Shown here piece after piece: positions 16,954 through 27,732 of a DNA stretch of 64,000 bases. The translations under genes and the position numbers were made by a program. A model generated the notes under the pieces. That model was not told the DNA's origin and did no database searches. It saw nothing but the letters and a program-made list of their open reading frames with translations. Origin of the DNA: an uncultured Frigidibacter sp. (GTDB lineage Bacteria > Pseudomonadota > Alphaproteobacteria > Rhodobacterales > Rhodobacteraceae); the NCBI GenBank assembly GCA_964582215.1, contig CAZORV010000001.1, positions 6,475 to 70,474 on the forward strand, in the 5' to 3' direction. The stretch's first letter is position 1, and the number at the start of each line of letters is the position of its first letter.

Positions 16954-19194
16954 TCAGTTCCCGCCGGTCAGAATGTCCATCAGAACCTGCCCAAGGGTCT
17001 GGCGATCCTGCTGCGCCTGGGCCGGTTGCTGGCCTTCGCCGGTTGCATCAAAAACCTGACCGGGGAAACTCGGCGCGGTCGGAACCTCGCCCGTGCCGGT
17101 GCCGCCGTCGACAAAGCCGCCGCCCGGCAGATCTTCGGGCCTTGTCATCGGCAGGGGGGCGGGCTCCAGGTCCTGATTGATGCGGACCATCACCTCGTGC
17201 CAGATGTCGGCCGGAAGGCCACCCCCCGTCGTGCCTTTCAACGGCGTATTGTCGTCATACCCCATCCAGACGCCCACGACATAATCGGCGGTAAAGCCGA
17301 TGAACCAGGCGTCGCGGGCCGACTGGGTGGTGCCGGTCTTGCCGGCGGCCTCCCAGCCGTCAAGGCGGGCGCGGTGGCCGGTGCCGCGTTCGATCACCTG
17401 ATTCATCATATAGATCAGCTGATGGGCCGAGCTTTCCGAGATCACCCGCTCGCCGATCCCACCTTCCTGGCCCAGCATCGGGTCGGTCTCGCCCTTCAGC
17501 CGCAGCTCGACCAGACCATAGGGCCGGACGGCCGAGCCGCCGTTCAGAATGCCCGCATAGGCGCCCGTCATCTCGACCAGGGTCGATTCCGACACGCCAA
17601 GCACCATCGCCGGCCCCTCGGCCAGTTTCGAGGCAAAGCCGAACATCGTCGCCACCTGCCGCACCGCATCCAGCCCGACCGTCTGCGACAGGCGCACCGT
17701 CGCGGTGTTGACCGAATGGGTCAGCGCGTCGGTCAGGGTGATGTTGCCCATGAAACCCGGCTCATAGTTCTTGGGGCACCAGTCGCCCGAACCGGCCACA
17801 AAAACGCAGATCGGCGCGTCATCGACGATGGTGTTCATGTTGTAGCCAAGGTCGAGTGCTGCCGCATAGACGAACGGCTTGAAGGTCGAGCCCGGCTGCC
17901 GCAGCGCCTGGGTCGCGCGGTTGAAGGCGCCCGGCCCCTGCACCTCGCGCCCGCCGACCATGGCGCGCACCGCGCCATCGGCCGACATGACCACAACCGC
18001 GGTCTCGGCCTTTGATCCCTGCTTCAGCTTTGTCTCGAACACGGTCTTCACCGCATCCTCGGCCGCCTTCTGCATCCCCGGGTCGAAGGTCGTCTCGATG
18101 ATCACGTCTTCGGTCGTGTCATTGGTCAGAAAGGCCGGGCCGGTCTCCATCACCCAGTCGGCGAAATAGCCGCCGGCCTTTTGCTGGGCCGACTTCGACA
18201 GTTTCGCCGGGTTGGCGATGGCGTCCTGATACTCGGCATCGGTCAGATAGGCCTGATCATGCATCAGCCCCAGAACCAGCGCCGCCCGGTCGCGCGACCG
18301 TTCAAGACTGCTGGTCGGGGCATATTTGGTCGGCGCCTTGAGCAGACCCGCCAGCATCGCGGCCTCGGCCGGGGTGACGTCATTGGCCGACTTGCCGAAA
18401 TAGCGCTGGGCCGCCGCCTCGAACCCGCGCGCGCCCGCACCCAGATAGGCGCGGTTGAGGTACAGCGACAGGACGCCCCTCTTGCCGTACTTCAGTTCCA
18501 GCGCCAGCGCGTAGGGAATTTCCTTCAGCTTGCGCTTCAGCCCGCCCGACCGGCAGTCGGTCTCGTAGGCGGACTCCGATTTCCATTGTTTGGGGTCGTA
18601 CCTGACCCCGAGGCAGAGCAGTTTCGCCAGCTGCTGGGTGATGGTCGAGCCGCCGTTGCCTTCGAACGGGCCGCGATGTTCGGAAAGGTTGATGCTGATG
18701 GCCGACGCGATGCCGCGCGGGCTGATGCCGAAATGGCGGTAGAATCGCTTGTCCTCGGTCGCGATGACCGCGTCGCGCAGATAGGGCGAGACGGTCTCGG
18801 TATCAATCTGGCCGCCGAAGGTCTCTCCTCGCCAGGCAAAAACCTTGCCCTCGCGGTCCAGAAGCGTGACCGAGCCCCGGGCGCGGGCGTCGATCTGGTC
18901 TTCAAAGGCGGGAAGCTGGGCGTAGTAATAATAGACGATGCCCGCCAGCCCGAGCCCGCCCAGAAGTGCCACGCGCCAGCCGATTCCCCAGAGAATGCGC
19001 CAGAAAAAGCGGACGATCCCGGCCAGCAGGCCGAACAGCCCGCCGCGTCGCCGGCCACCGCCGCCGCCCCCCGACCGGCGCCGTCTGGGTGCCTTTGGCT
19101 GCTTTGCGGGCTTCGGTTCCGGCCTTGGCGCACGGCTGGCCGCATAACGCCGGTCCGCGACCAGCGTCGTTTTCTTGCCGCCCGAACCTGCCAT
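16954..19194 (-). CDS. Class A penicillin-binding protein (PBP1A family)
   Basis: Transglycosylase motifs EDKRFYRH, GGSTITQQL and RKLKE; transpeptidase motifs STFK, SVN and KTG. N-terminal TM anchor. Alternative GTG start at 19203. Confidence 0.93.
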   Translation of the reverse strand: MAGSGGKKTTLVADRRYAASRAPRPEPKPAKQPKAPRRRRSGGGGGGRRRGGLFGLLAGIVRFFWRILWGIGWRVALLGGLGLAGIVYYYYAQLPAFEDQIDARARGSVTLLDREGKVFAWRGETFGGQIDTETVSPYLRDAVIATEDKRFYRHFGISPRGIASAISINLSEHRGPFEGNGGSTITQQLAKLLCLGVRYDPKQWKSESAYETDCRSGGLKRKLKEIPYALALELKYGKRGVLSLYLNRAYLGAGARGFEAAAQRYFGKSANDVTPAEAAMLAGLLKAPTKYAPTSSLERSRDRAALVLGLMHDQAYLTDAEYQDAIANPAKLSKSAQQKAGGYFADWVMETGPAFLTNDTTEDVIIETTFDPGMQKAAEDAVKTVFETKLKQGSKAETAVVVMSADGAVRAMVGGREVQGPGAFNRATQALRQPGSTFKPFVYAAALDLGYNMNTIVDDAPICVFVAGSGDWCPKNYEPGFMGNITLTDALTHSVNTATVRLSQTVGLDAVRQVATMFGFASKLAEGPAMVLGVSESTLVEMTGAYAGILNGGSAVRPYGLVELRLKGETDPMLGQEGGIGERVISESSAHQLIYMMNQVIERGTGHRARLDGWEAAGKTGTTQSARDAWFIGFTADYVVGVWMGYDDNTPLKGTTGGGLPADIWHEVMVRINQDLEPAPLPMTRPEDLPGGGFVDGGTGTGEVPTAPSFPGQVFDATGEGQQPAQAQQDRQTLGQVLMDILTGGN

Positions 19195-19287
19195 GACTGC
19201 CACCGAAAGCTTTTTATCGTTGGGCCGACCATAGACCGAACCGCGGCGGATGTGGAGAGCGGCGTGGCCGCGGAACCATCCGGCACA

Positions 19288-19794
<507 letters not shown>

Positions 19795-19820
19795 GACATA
19801 TGGGTAAGGGGACTGAAAAG

Positions 19821-21248
19821 ATGAAAAGCTGGACGAAATTCGGCGGCACGGGGGCGACGGCTGCCCTTCTGCTGACCGGCCTGCCGGCCTGGGCGCAGGA
19901 AGCCGCCGCCGCCGGTCCGATCAAGGCACCCGATGCCGCCGCGATGGCCGGCATGGTGAACAAGGGCGACACGACCTGGATGCTGGTCTCGTCGGCGCTG
20001 GTGCTTTTGATGTCGATCCCGGCGTTGGCGCTGTTCTACGGCGGCCTCGTGCGCACCAAGAACATGCTGAGCCTGCTGATGCAGGTCTTCATGATCGTGT
20101 CGCTGGCGGCGATCCTTTGGGTGGCCTACGGCTATTCGCTGGCCTTCACCTCGGGCGGGCCCTACATCGGCGGGCTGTCCAAGGCGTTTCTGGCGGGGGT
20201 CAATGCCTCGACCTATGCGGCGACCTTCTCGAACAATGTCTATATTCCGGAATATGCCTTCGTCATCTTCCAGATGACATTCGCCTGCATCACCCCGGCG
20301 CTGATCGTCGGCGCCTTTGCCGAGCGGGTGAAGTTCTGGCCGCTGATGCTGTTCGTGGCCTTGTGGCTGACCATCGTCTATTTCCCGATCGCCCATATGG
20401 TCTGGTACTGGGCAGGCCCGGACTTCCTGGCTGACGCGCCGACCGACTATGGCCTGATCTGGGGCTGGGGTGGTCTGGACTTTGCCGGCGGCACGGTTGT
20501 CCATATCAACGCCGGGATCGCGGGTCTGGTGGGCTGCCTCGTCATCGGCAAGCGTGCGGGCCTTGGCAAGGAAAACATGGCGCCGCATTCGCTGACCATG
20601 ACGATGATCGGCGCCTCGCTTCTGTGGGTGGGCTGGTTCGGGTTCAACGCCGGTTCCAACCTTGAGGCGAACGGTCTGGCGGCGCTGGCCTTCCTGAACA
20701 CCTTTGTCGCCACCGCCGCCGCCGCGCTGGCCTGGAGCCTGATCGAACAGATGCACCATGGCCGTCCGTCACTGCTGGGTGCGGTGTCGGGTGCGGTTGC
20801 GGGTCTGGTCGCCATCACCCCGGCCTCGGGCTACGCCGGCCCGATGGGCGCGATCATCCTTGGTCTTGCGGTTTCGCCGATCTGCTACTTCTTCGTCTCG
20901 GTGGTGAAAAAGGCGCTGGCCTATGACGACAGCCTTGATGTCTTCGGCATTCACGGCATCGGCGGCATGGTCGGCGCCATCGGCACGGCCATCGTGGCGG
21001 CGCCGTCGCTGGGCGGTCAGGGCTGGTTCGACTACAGCCAGTTCCCGGCGGTTCCCGGCACCTACGACATGGGCGCGCAGATGATCACCCAGATCAAGGC
21101 GGTCCTTGTCACGCTGGTCTGGTCGGGTGGCGTCAGCTTTGTCCTGTTCAAGGCAATCGACGCGATCTTCGGCCTGCGTCCCGGCACCGACGACGAACGT
21201 CAGGGTCTGGACCAGACCTCGCACGGGGAAAGCGCTTACAACATGTGA
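19821..21248 (+). CDS. amtB: Ammonium transporter
   Basis: FQMTFACIT, DFAGGTVVH, LWVGWFGFNAGS and DDSLDVFGIHG motifs. Confidence 0.97.
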   Translation: MKSWTKFGGTGATAALLLTGLPAWAQEAAAAGPIKAPDAAAMAGMVNKGDTTWMLVSSALVLLMSIPALALFYGGLVRTKNMLSLLMQVFMIVSLAAILWVAYGYSLAFTSGGPYIGGLSKAFLAGVNASTYAATFSNNVYIPEYAFVIFQMTFACITPALIVGAFAERVKFWPLMLFVALWLTIVYFPIAHMVWYWAGPDFLADAPTDYGLIWGWGGLDFAGGTVVHINAGIAGLVGCLVIGKRAGLGKENMAPHSLTMTMIGASLLWVGWFGFNAGSNLEANGLAALAFLNTFVATAAAALAWSLIEQMHHGRPSLLGAVSGAVAGLVAITPASGYAGPMGAIILGLAVSPICYFFVSVVKKALAYDDSLDVFGIHGIGGMVGAIGTAIVAAPSLGGQGWFDYSQFPAVPGTYDMGAQMITQIKAVLVTLVWSGGVSFVLFKAIDAIFGLRPGTDDERQGLDQTSHGESAYNM

Positions 21249-21300
21249 ACCAGGGGCGGTCCGGGCGGTCTCCTCCCCCGCCCCGGCTGCCGGAATGAAG

Positions 21301-21337
21301 CGGCCCGCGTTCAGACGAACGCGGGCCGTTTTCGTTT
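21301..21337 (+). terminator. Rho-independent terminator of glnK-amtB
   Basis: 12-bp stem CGGCCCGCGTTC-agac-GAACGCGGGCCG followed by TTTTCGTTT. Confidence 0.85.
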
Positions 21338-22518
21338 CAGCCGATGACCCGCGCGATTGCGGCGGCCAATATGGGCACGGTGCGGCTGTTCAGCCCGGCG
21401 ATGTTGATGCGGCTGTCACCGACCATGTAGATCGCGTCCTCGTCCCGCAGCCGGTTCACCTGCGCCTCGGTCAGGCCAAGGCGGCTGAACATGCCGCGAT
21501 GGCGGGCGACAAAGTCGAACCGGTCGGAATTGGTGGCGCGGCGCAGCTCGTCCGCAAGGCTCTGGCGCAGGGTCAGCATGTTCAGCCGCACCTCCTCCAG
21601 CTCGGCCTTCCAGTCGGCGGTCAGGGCCGCGTCGCCAAGGATGGTCGACACGATCCGGGCGCCGTGGTCGGGCGGAAAGCTGAAGTTCTGCCGGTTCAGG
21701 AAGGCAAGATTGCCCTGGGTGACCGCCGTGCGCTCGGCGGCGCCCAGCGCGATCAGCACGCCGGTCCTTTCGCGGTAGATGCCGAAATTCTTGCTGCACG
21801 AGGCTGCGATCAGCACCTCGGGGAATGAGGCCGCGATCAGCCGGGTGGCGGCGGCATCCTCGTCCAGCCCGTCGCCAAAGCCCTGATAGGCAAGGTCGAC
21901 CAGCGGCACCGCGCCGCGCGCCTGCAGGACCCGGACCATCGCCGCCCATTGGTCGGCGGTCGGGTTGGCGCCGGTCGGGTTGTGGCAGCAGCCGTGCAGC
22001 AGGACCACATCGCCCGGCTGGACCCGGCCCAGATCCGCCAGCATCCCGGCCTCGTCAATGTCGCCCGAGGCCGGGTCGAAATAGCGGTACTCGGCCAGTT
22101 TCAGGCCGACATAGCGGATGATCGACGGATGATTCGGCCAGGTCGGGTCGGAGATCCAGACCGTGGCGCCCGGTGTCGCCAGGCGGACCAGCTCCATCGC
22201 CTGTCGGATCGCGCCGGTGCCGCCGGGCGTCGCGACCGACGCGATGCGGCCGGCGGGCACCGACTGGCCGAGAATCAGCCCGGCAATCGCGGCGTTATAG
22301 TCAGGCTCGCCCGCAAGGCCGGTGTAGGTCTTGGTTGTCTGCGCCTCCCAGATCTGCCGCTCGGCCGCCTTGACGGCGCGCATCACCGGGGTCAGGCCGG
22401 TCGGGTCCTTGTAGACGCCGACGCCGAGGTCGATCTTGCCGTCGCGCGTGTCGGCGCGGAACTGGCCGATCAGCTGCAGAATCTTGTCCGCCGGTTGCGG
22501 TTTCAGGTCACTCAGCAT
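21337..22518 (-). CDS. tyrB: Aromatic amino acid/aspartate aminotransferase (class I)
   Basis: KIDLGVGVY, TPGGTGA, HGCCHNPTG, DLAYQGFG and SCSKNFGIYRERTG (PLP Lys). Confidence 0.9.
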   Translation of the reverse strand: MLSDLKPQPADKILQLIGQFRADTRDGKIDLGVGVYKDPTGLTPVMRAVKAAERQIWEAQTTKTYTGLAGEPDYNAAIAGLILGQSVPAGRIASVATPGGTGAIRQAMELVRLATPGATVWISDPTWPNHPSIIRYVGLKLAEYRYFDPASGDIDEAGMLADLGRVQPGDVVLLHGCCHNPTGANPTADQWAAMVRVLQARGAVPLVDLAYQGFGDGLDEDAAATRLIAASFPEVLIAASCSKNFGIYRERTGVLIALGAAERTAVTQGNLAFLNRQNFSFPPDHGARIVSTILGDAALTADWKAELEEVRLNMLTLRQSLADELRRATNSDRFDFVARHRGMFSRLGLTEAQVNRLRDEDAIYMVGDSRINIAGLNSRTVPILAAAIARVIG

Positions 22519-22529
22519 TTCTTGTCCTT

Positions 22530-23378
22530 TCAGCCTTTGGCGACCTTCAGATCACCATACATGCCCCATTCGGCCCAGGAGCCGTCATAAAGGGCATGAT
22601 CGCGCTTGCCCATCCGTTCAAGCGCAAGATTGAGGATTGCCGCCGTCACCCCCGAGCCGCAGCTGGTGATGGCCGGCTTCTTCAGATCGACCCCGGCGGC
22701 GGTGAAGAGCTTTTCCAGCTCGGCAACCGGTTTCATCGTGCCATCGGCGGCCAGAACCGACCGGAACGGCACATTGACCGCGTTCGGGATATGGCCGGGA
22801 CGCACGCCGGGGCGCGGCTCGGGCTCTTCGCCGCGAAAGCGCCCGGGCGAGCGGGCGTCGATGATCGCATGATCGCCAAGCTTGGCCGCGGCCGCGACCT
22901 GGGTCACATCCTTGACCAGATGTGCCTGGCGCTGGACGGTGATGTGGCGGTCGCGGACCATGGGTGGCATGTCCTCGGTCACGCGGCCCTCGGCCTGCCA
23001 TTTCGGCAAGCCGCCGTCCAGCACGGCGATGTCGGTCTTGCCCATCAGGCGGAAGGTCCACCAGACCCGCGCCGCCGAAAAAAGGCCCGCCCCGTCATAG
23101 ACCACGACCTGATGGCCGTCGCCGACCCCCATCGCCCGCATCCGGCTGATGAACATCTCGGGCGGCGGGGCCATGTGCGGCAGGCCCGACCGCTTGTCCG
23201 AGATCGCATCAATGTCGAAAAAGCGGGCACCGGGAATGTGGGCGGCGGCATATTCGGCCCGGGCGTCGCGGCCCGCGTCGGGCAGATACCAGCTGGCATC
23301 GAAGATCCTCAGATCGGGATCCTTCAGATGCGCCTCAAGCCAGGCGGTGGAAACCAGTGTCTTGGGATCGTCTGCCAT
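22530..23378 (-). CDS. sseA: 3-mercaptopyruvate sulfurtransferase
   Basis: Tandem rhodanese domains: HIPGA, active site SCGSGVTA, LYDGSWAEW. Confidence 0.95.
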   Translation of the reverse strand: MADDPKTLVSTAWLEAHLKDPDLRIFDASWYLPDAGRDARAEYAAAHIPGARFFDIDAISDKRSGLPHMAPPPEMFISRMRAMGVGDGHQVVVYDGAGLFSAARVWWTFRLMGKTDIAVLDGGLPKWQAEGRVTEDMPPMVRDRHITVQRQAHLVKDVTQVAAAAKLGDHAIIDARSPGRFRGEEPEPRPGVRPGHIPNAVNVPFRSVLAADGTMKPVAELEKLFTAAGVDLKKPAITSCGSGVTAAILNLALERMGKRDHALYDGSWAEWGMYGDLKVAKG

Positions 23379-23488
23379 CACAGCCTCATCTGCCACCCGA
23401 CCGGATTAGCCGGGACAGGCGGTCTGAGGCAAGGGTGACATTTGCCGCAAGGGAATGGCGCGGACCGGGCCCGCGCCATTCGGATGGG

Positions 23489-23743
23489 TCAGGACGACTT
23501 CGCCATCATTGACTTGATGACGCCGACAATCGCCATCAGGACGCCGCCACCGGCGCCGCCGGACAGGACCGACTGCAGAATCGAACCCGCATCCCCGCCG
23601 CCGAGCATATTGCCGCCAAGCGCACCGCCAAGAATCCCGGCGATCGAATTGCCGATCGGGCCGAGGTCCAGATTTTTCAGAATCTTGCCGACGATATTGC
23701 CGCCGGCCGCGCCCGAAAGCAGGCTGATGATCAGTTGTTCCAT
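23489..23743 (-). CDS. Small glycine-zipper membrane protein (possibly GlsB/YeaQ-like)
   Basis: 84 aa, MEQLIISLLSGAAGGNIVG...GILGGALGG. GGAAGGA RBS. Typical codon usage. Confidence 0.75.
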   Translation of the reverse strand: MEQLIISLLSGAAGGNIVGKILKNLDLGPIGNSIAGILGGALGGNMLGGGDAGSILQSVLSGGAGGGVLMAIVGVIKSMMAKSS

Positions 23744-23877
23744 CGTTACTCGTTCCTTCCTGTCGGGCCTGTTTCGTAAGTCCGGCGGTCCGGCCCAAAC
23801 ACACCGGATGGCCCGACAGTGCCACGGCGCCGGGGGGTGCGACAATATTTACCTGTGGGAAACCCCGAAAACCGCGG

Positions 23878-24348
23878 TCAGCCGTGCTTCAAAAGCCGCT
23901 GTTTCTGACGGCCCCAGTCGCGCTTGGCCTCGGTCTCGCGCTTGTCGGCGGCCTTTTTGCCCTTGGCGACGCCGATCTTCAGTTTCACCCGGCCGCGATC
24001 GTTGAAATACATCACCAGCGGCACCAGGGTCATGCCTTCGCGTCCCACGGCCTGCCAGAGACGCGACAATTCCTTGGCTGAAACCAGCAATTTGCGCCGG
24101 CGACGTTCCTCATGGCCAAAGACGCCGGCCTGTTTGTAGGCGGCGATGTAGCTGTTGATCAGCCACAGCTCGCCCCCCTCGACCGAGGCATAGCTTTCGG
24201 CGATGTTGGACTGGCCGGTGCGCAGCGACTTCACCTCGGACCCTGACAGGATGATCCCGCATTCCAGATCGCTTTCGATGAAATAATCGAACCGCGCCCG
24301 GCGGTTTTCGGCGATGATGCGGTAATTCGGGTCGCTTTTCTCGGCCAT
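23878..24348 (-). CDS. smpB: SsrA-binding protein
   Basis: [28 protein letters not shown] and AKGKK..DKRE motifs. Confidence 0.97.
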   Translation of the reverse strand: MAEKSDPNYRIIAENRRARFDYFIESDLECGIILSGSEVKSLRTGQSNIAESYASVEGGELWLINSYIAAYKQAGVFGHEERRRRKLLVSAKELSRLWQAVGREGMTLVPLVMYFNDRGRVKLKIGVAKGKKAADKRETEAKRDWGRQKQRLLKHG

Positions 24349-24416
24349 GATCGGGTTGAGATAGGCGAGCCGGGGCGCCAAGTCCAGAAGCGGTGGCCGC
24401 GAAGCCCGCCGCCCGG

Positions 24417-25154
24417 TCAGAAATAGCTGCGCACCAGCGCGCCGGACACCAATGTCCAGCCGTTGGCGACGACAAAGAACGCCAGCTTGAACGGCAGCGA
24501 CACGACGGCGGGCGGCACCATCATCATCCCCATCGACATCAGGATCGCCGAGACGACCAGGTCGATGATCAGAAACGGCAGAAAGACCAGAAAACCGATT
24601 TCAAAGGCGCGCGTGACCTCGGACAGCATGAACGACGGGATCAGCAGCGACAGCGGCGCATCGGTGCCCGTGGTGATCGCGGCGGTCTCGGGCCGCAGCT
24701 GCGCCAGCGAGGTCAGCGTATCGGGGTCAAGCCGGGCGGCCATGAAGATGCGAAAGGGCCTGATCCCGGTCGCAAGCGCAGTCTGGACGTCGATGGTTCC
24801 GTCCAGCAGCGGCCGCCCGGCGGTCGCCCATGCCTCGGTGAAGACCGGTTCCATGATGAACCAGGTCAGGAACAGCGACAGGGACACGATCAGCAGGTTC
24901 GGCGGCGATTGCTGCAGGCCGATCGCCTGCCGCAGGATCGACAGGACCGTGACGATGAAGGGAAAGCAGGTGACCATCACCGCCAGCCCGGGCGCAAGGC
25001 TGAGGACGGTGACAAGGGCGATGATCGCCATCGACTGGCCGCTGAGGCTGGCGCCGCCGAAGTCGACGGGCGGCGCGCCCGCCGTCTGCGCCAGTGCCGG
25101 ACCGCCGGTCAGGGTCAGGATCAGCAGCAGCAGGCCGGAAAGGCGCAGCGCCAT
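24417..25154 (-). CDS. fliP: Flagellar export gate protein FliP
   Basis: [47 protein letters not shown] and PFKL motifs. Confidence 0.97.
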   Translation of the reverse strand: MALRLSGLLLLILTLTGGPALAQTAGAPPVDFGGASLSGQSMAIIALVTVLSLAPGLAVMVTCFPFIVTVLSILRQAIGLQQSPPNLLIVSLSLFLTWFIMEPVFTEAWATAGRPLLDGTIDVQTALATGIRPFRIFMAARLDPDTLTSLAQLRPETAAITTGTDAPLSLLIPSFMLSEVTRAFEIGFLVFLPFLIIDLVVSAILMSMGMMMVPPAVVSLPFKLAFFVVANGWTLVSGALVRSYF

Positions 25155-25427
25155 TCAGAGCCCGTCCTTCAGGTCGATCACCTCGGTCAGGCGCACCGCC
25201 AGCTGCCCGGCGCGGTCGCCGTCAAGTTCGGTCAGGATGCCCCGGCCGATCAGCTTGTCGCCGACGAACAGCTCGACCGGGTCATCGACGCGCTTGTCAA
25301 GCGCAAGGACCGAATCCTGCGTCAGCCGCAAAAGATCGCGCACGACCGGGCGGGCGCGGCCGACCGAGATGGTGATGGTGATCGGCACCTGGGTAAAGGG
25401 ATTGCTGACAGCGCTCAGTTCGGTCAT
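25155..25427 (-). CDS. fliN: Flagellar motor switch protein FliN (SpoA domain)
   Basis: VPITITISVGR...VLALDK..DDPVELFVGDKLIGRG. Flagellar context. Confidence 0.85.
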   Translation of the reverse strand: MTELSAVSNPFTQVPITITISVGRARPVVRDLLRLTQDSVLALDKRVDDPVELFVGDKLIGRGILTELDGDRAGQLAVRLTEVIDLKDGL

Positions 25428-26029
25428 TCGCTTGCCTCTTTGCCTTCGGTCGGGTTGCGTTCGGTGTGGAAAAAGCTGGTCACAGCCTCGGCGATCGCGC
25501 CGATCAGCCCGTCAAGGTCGACCGAAACCTCGGTTCCGGCGATCTTCAGATAGGCCTGTCCGTCGCCCAGCGTCGGCTCGGCCTCGACCGTGACCGGCAG
25601 CCCGGCCTCGGCCTGCAGCAGCCGTTCGACCAGATCGCGGTTCACCGGCGCGGTCCGCACCAGCAGCGGCGCGCCGGACAGGGCGTCGGCAAAGGGCCGG
25701 ATTTCGTCAAGGATGACATGGCCCAGCGACTGGTGGGCGATCATTGGCAGAACCTTGGCAACCATTTCGGCCAGCAAAGGTTCAAGCGAGGCCAGAACAT
25801 GGCGCCGCGCGTCACGGTAGCTCAGCGCCATTTCGGTCAGGTTGTGGCCAAGTTCCGTCCTGAGCCTCGCAATATCCTCGGCCTGGGCGCCCAGCGCATC
25901 GTCCCAGCCCGCCTGATAGCCCTGTTCGTAGGACTGCAGTTTCAGATCGGCCAGCTGCCCCTCGGCCAGATAGGCCGACCGGCCGCCATCCTGAAGATCG
26001 AATGTCTCAAGCTGCAAAAGCCGCGCCAT
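25424..26029 (-). CDS. fliH: FliH-like flagellar assembly protein
   Basis: YEQGYQAG glycine repeat, C-terminal FliH-like region, position between fliF and fliN. Confidence 0.7.
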   Translation of the reverse strand: MARLLQLETFDLQDGGRSAYLAEGQLADLKLQSYEQGYQAGWDDALGAQAEDIARLRTELGHNLTEMALSYRDARRHVLASLEPLLAEMVAKVLPMIAHQSLGHVILDEIRPFADALSGAPLLVRTAPVNRDLVERLLQAEAGLPVTVEAEPTLGDGQAYLKIAGTEVSVDLDGLIGAIAEAVTSFFHTERNPTEGKEASE

Positions 26030-27618
26030 CAGACCGTCTCCGCCTCGGGGTCATCCATCCAGCTTTTCAGGATTTCGACCGATTCTTCCTGCCGTTCGGC
26101 GATCAGACGCCGCAACCGTGCCACCGGATCGCCAAGCTGGTCCTGACCCTGCGATCCGCGACCCTGCGGACCGCCGCCAACCAGCGTCATGTCGCGCGGC
26201 GCGAACTGGCCGTCGTCGATCACCCCGTTCAGCACCGGCCCCGCGACAGCCGCCGGTGCGGGCAGCGCCGGTGCGGCCAGCGCGCGCGACGTCAGGATCG
26301 GCCGGACGACAAACAGCCCGAGGATCAGCGAAACCACAGCCAGCACCGCCAGCTGAATGACCGTCATCACATTGATCGCCAGCGCCGAGATCATCGACCC
26401 GCCGGCCTCGGTCCCGGTCACCGGCAGAGGCTCGAACGCCAGCGACCTGATGGTGATCACGTCGCCCCGCGACTCGTCGAACCCGACGGCCGCCGCCACC
26501 AGATCCTTCAGCGAAGTCAGTTCCGCGTCGGGGCGGGGCTGCAGTTCAGTCTTGCCGTCCGCACCCGCGACCGGGATGCCGTCGACCATCACCGCCACCG
26601 TCAGGCGGCGGATCGCGCCGGGATTCTTCACCAGTTCACGCTTGGTCTCGCTGACTTCGTAGTTCACCCGTTCGCGGGTCTGGCTGTCGTTGGCCTGCGC
26701 CGACTTCCCGCCACCCGAGGCGCTGCCCGACGGCAGATTGGAGGCCACGCTGACCGAGGAACCACCCTGATCGTTCGACGACGAAGTCTGCTCCTCATTC
26801 TCGGACGAAATCGCGACGCGGCCCTGCGGGTCGATCTTGCGTTCCGAAATCGCCTCGCTTTCGGTCACCGTCTCGACCGCGACCTCGACCACGGCCTTGC
26901 CCGGACCGACCCGCGCCGCGAGCAGACGCAGGACATTCTCGCGCAGCGCCGCCGCACGGTCCGACCCGGCCTTGGCGCCCGGATTGTCGTCGGCCAGAAT
27001 CAGGTTCCCCTCGCCGTCGATGATCGCCACATCCCCGGGCTTCATCCCGGCGACGGCGGACGAGACCAGGAACTTCAGCGCCCGCGCATGGTCGGGCGAC
27101 AGGCTGCCGTCGCGCGTCGTCACCGCGACCGAGGCCTTGGGCGCGGCCGTCGGACGAAAGCCCTGCGGTTCGGTGTTGGAAATATGGACGCGCACGTTGC
27201 GCATGTTGGGCATGGCGGCGATGGTGCGGGCCAGTTCACCCTCTTTCGCGCGCCAGTAGGCGGCGTCGAACATCTGCGATGTGGTGCCGAAGCCCGACAG
27301 ATTGTCCAGCAGTTCATAGCCGCCGCCGGAATTGGCGGGCAGCCCCTCGGACGCCAGTTCCATCCGCAGCTGGTCGCGGTTGGTCGCCTCGACATAGATC
27401 GCCTGGCCCCGCACCTCATATCTGACGCCGCGCTGATCAAGTGCCGCCAGCACCTCGCCAGAGCGTGACCCGTCGATCCCGGCATAAAGCAGCGTCATCG
27501 AAGGCCGCGTCGCCACCGAGGTCAGCGCATAGACGGCGGCGAACATCGCCAGCGTTGCCGCGATCACGATGAGGCGCTTGCGGGGGTCAAGTGCCTGCCA
27601 GACTGACATCAGCTGCAC
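26029..27618 (-). CDS. fliF: Flagellar MS-ring protein
   Basis: GYELLD..GFGTT, RAKEGELARTI, VRVHI, NYEVS and RRLTVAVMVDG. Two TM segments. GTG start with an AGGAGAG RBS. Confidence 0.96.
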   Translation of the reverse strand: MQLMSVWQALDPRKRLIVIAATLAMFAAVYALTSVATRPSMTLLYAGIDGSRSGEVLAALDQRGVRYEVRGQAIYVEATNRDQLRMELASEGLPANSGGGYELLDNLSGFGTTSQMFDAAYWRAKEGELARTIAAMPNMRNVRVHISNTEPQGFRPTAAPKASVAVTTRDGSLSPDHARALKFLVSSAVAGMKPGDVAIIDGEGNLILADDNPGAKAGSDRAAALRENVLRLLAARVGPGKAVVEVAVETVTESEAISERKIDPQGRVAISSENEEQTSSSNDQGGSSVSVASNLPSGSASGGGKSAQANDSQTRERVNYEVSETKRELVKNPGAIRRLTVAVMVDGIPVAGADGKTELQPRPDAELTSLKDLVAAAVGFDESRGDVITIRSLAFEPLPVTGTEAGGSMISALAINVMTVIQLAVLAVVSLILGLFVVRPILTSRALAAPALPAPAAVAGPVLNGVIDDGQFAPRDMTLVGGGPQGRGSQGQDQLGDPVARLRRLIAERQEESVEILKSWMDDPEAETV

Positions 27619-27672
27619 GTCGTCTCTCCTTTGCGGGCTTCTGCCCTGGTGCCGATGGTTCGCCGATCGGCC

Positions 27673-27687
27673 TTAAGAATCGGTTAG
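27673..27687. promoter_or_regulatory. CtrA-like binding site between fliF and fliL
   Basis: TTAA-GAATCGG-TTAG, one mismatch to TTAA-N7-TTAA, in the divergent promoter region. Confidence 0.7.
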
Positions 27688-27732
27688 TGCGCGCCGGCCT
27701 ATAGAAGGGGCAGCAGAAGTTCAGGACGGACC

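Noticed and set aside
23744..24416. tmRNA (ssrA) or an integration site beside smpB
   Set aside because: The flanking gaps are only about 130 and 70 nt, with no tRNA-like ends and no integrase.
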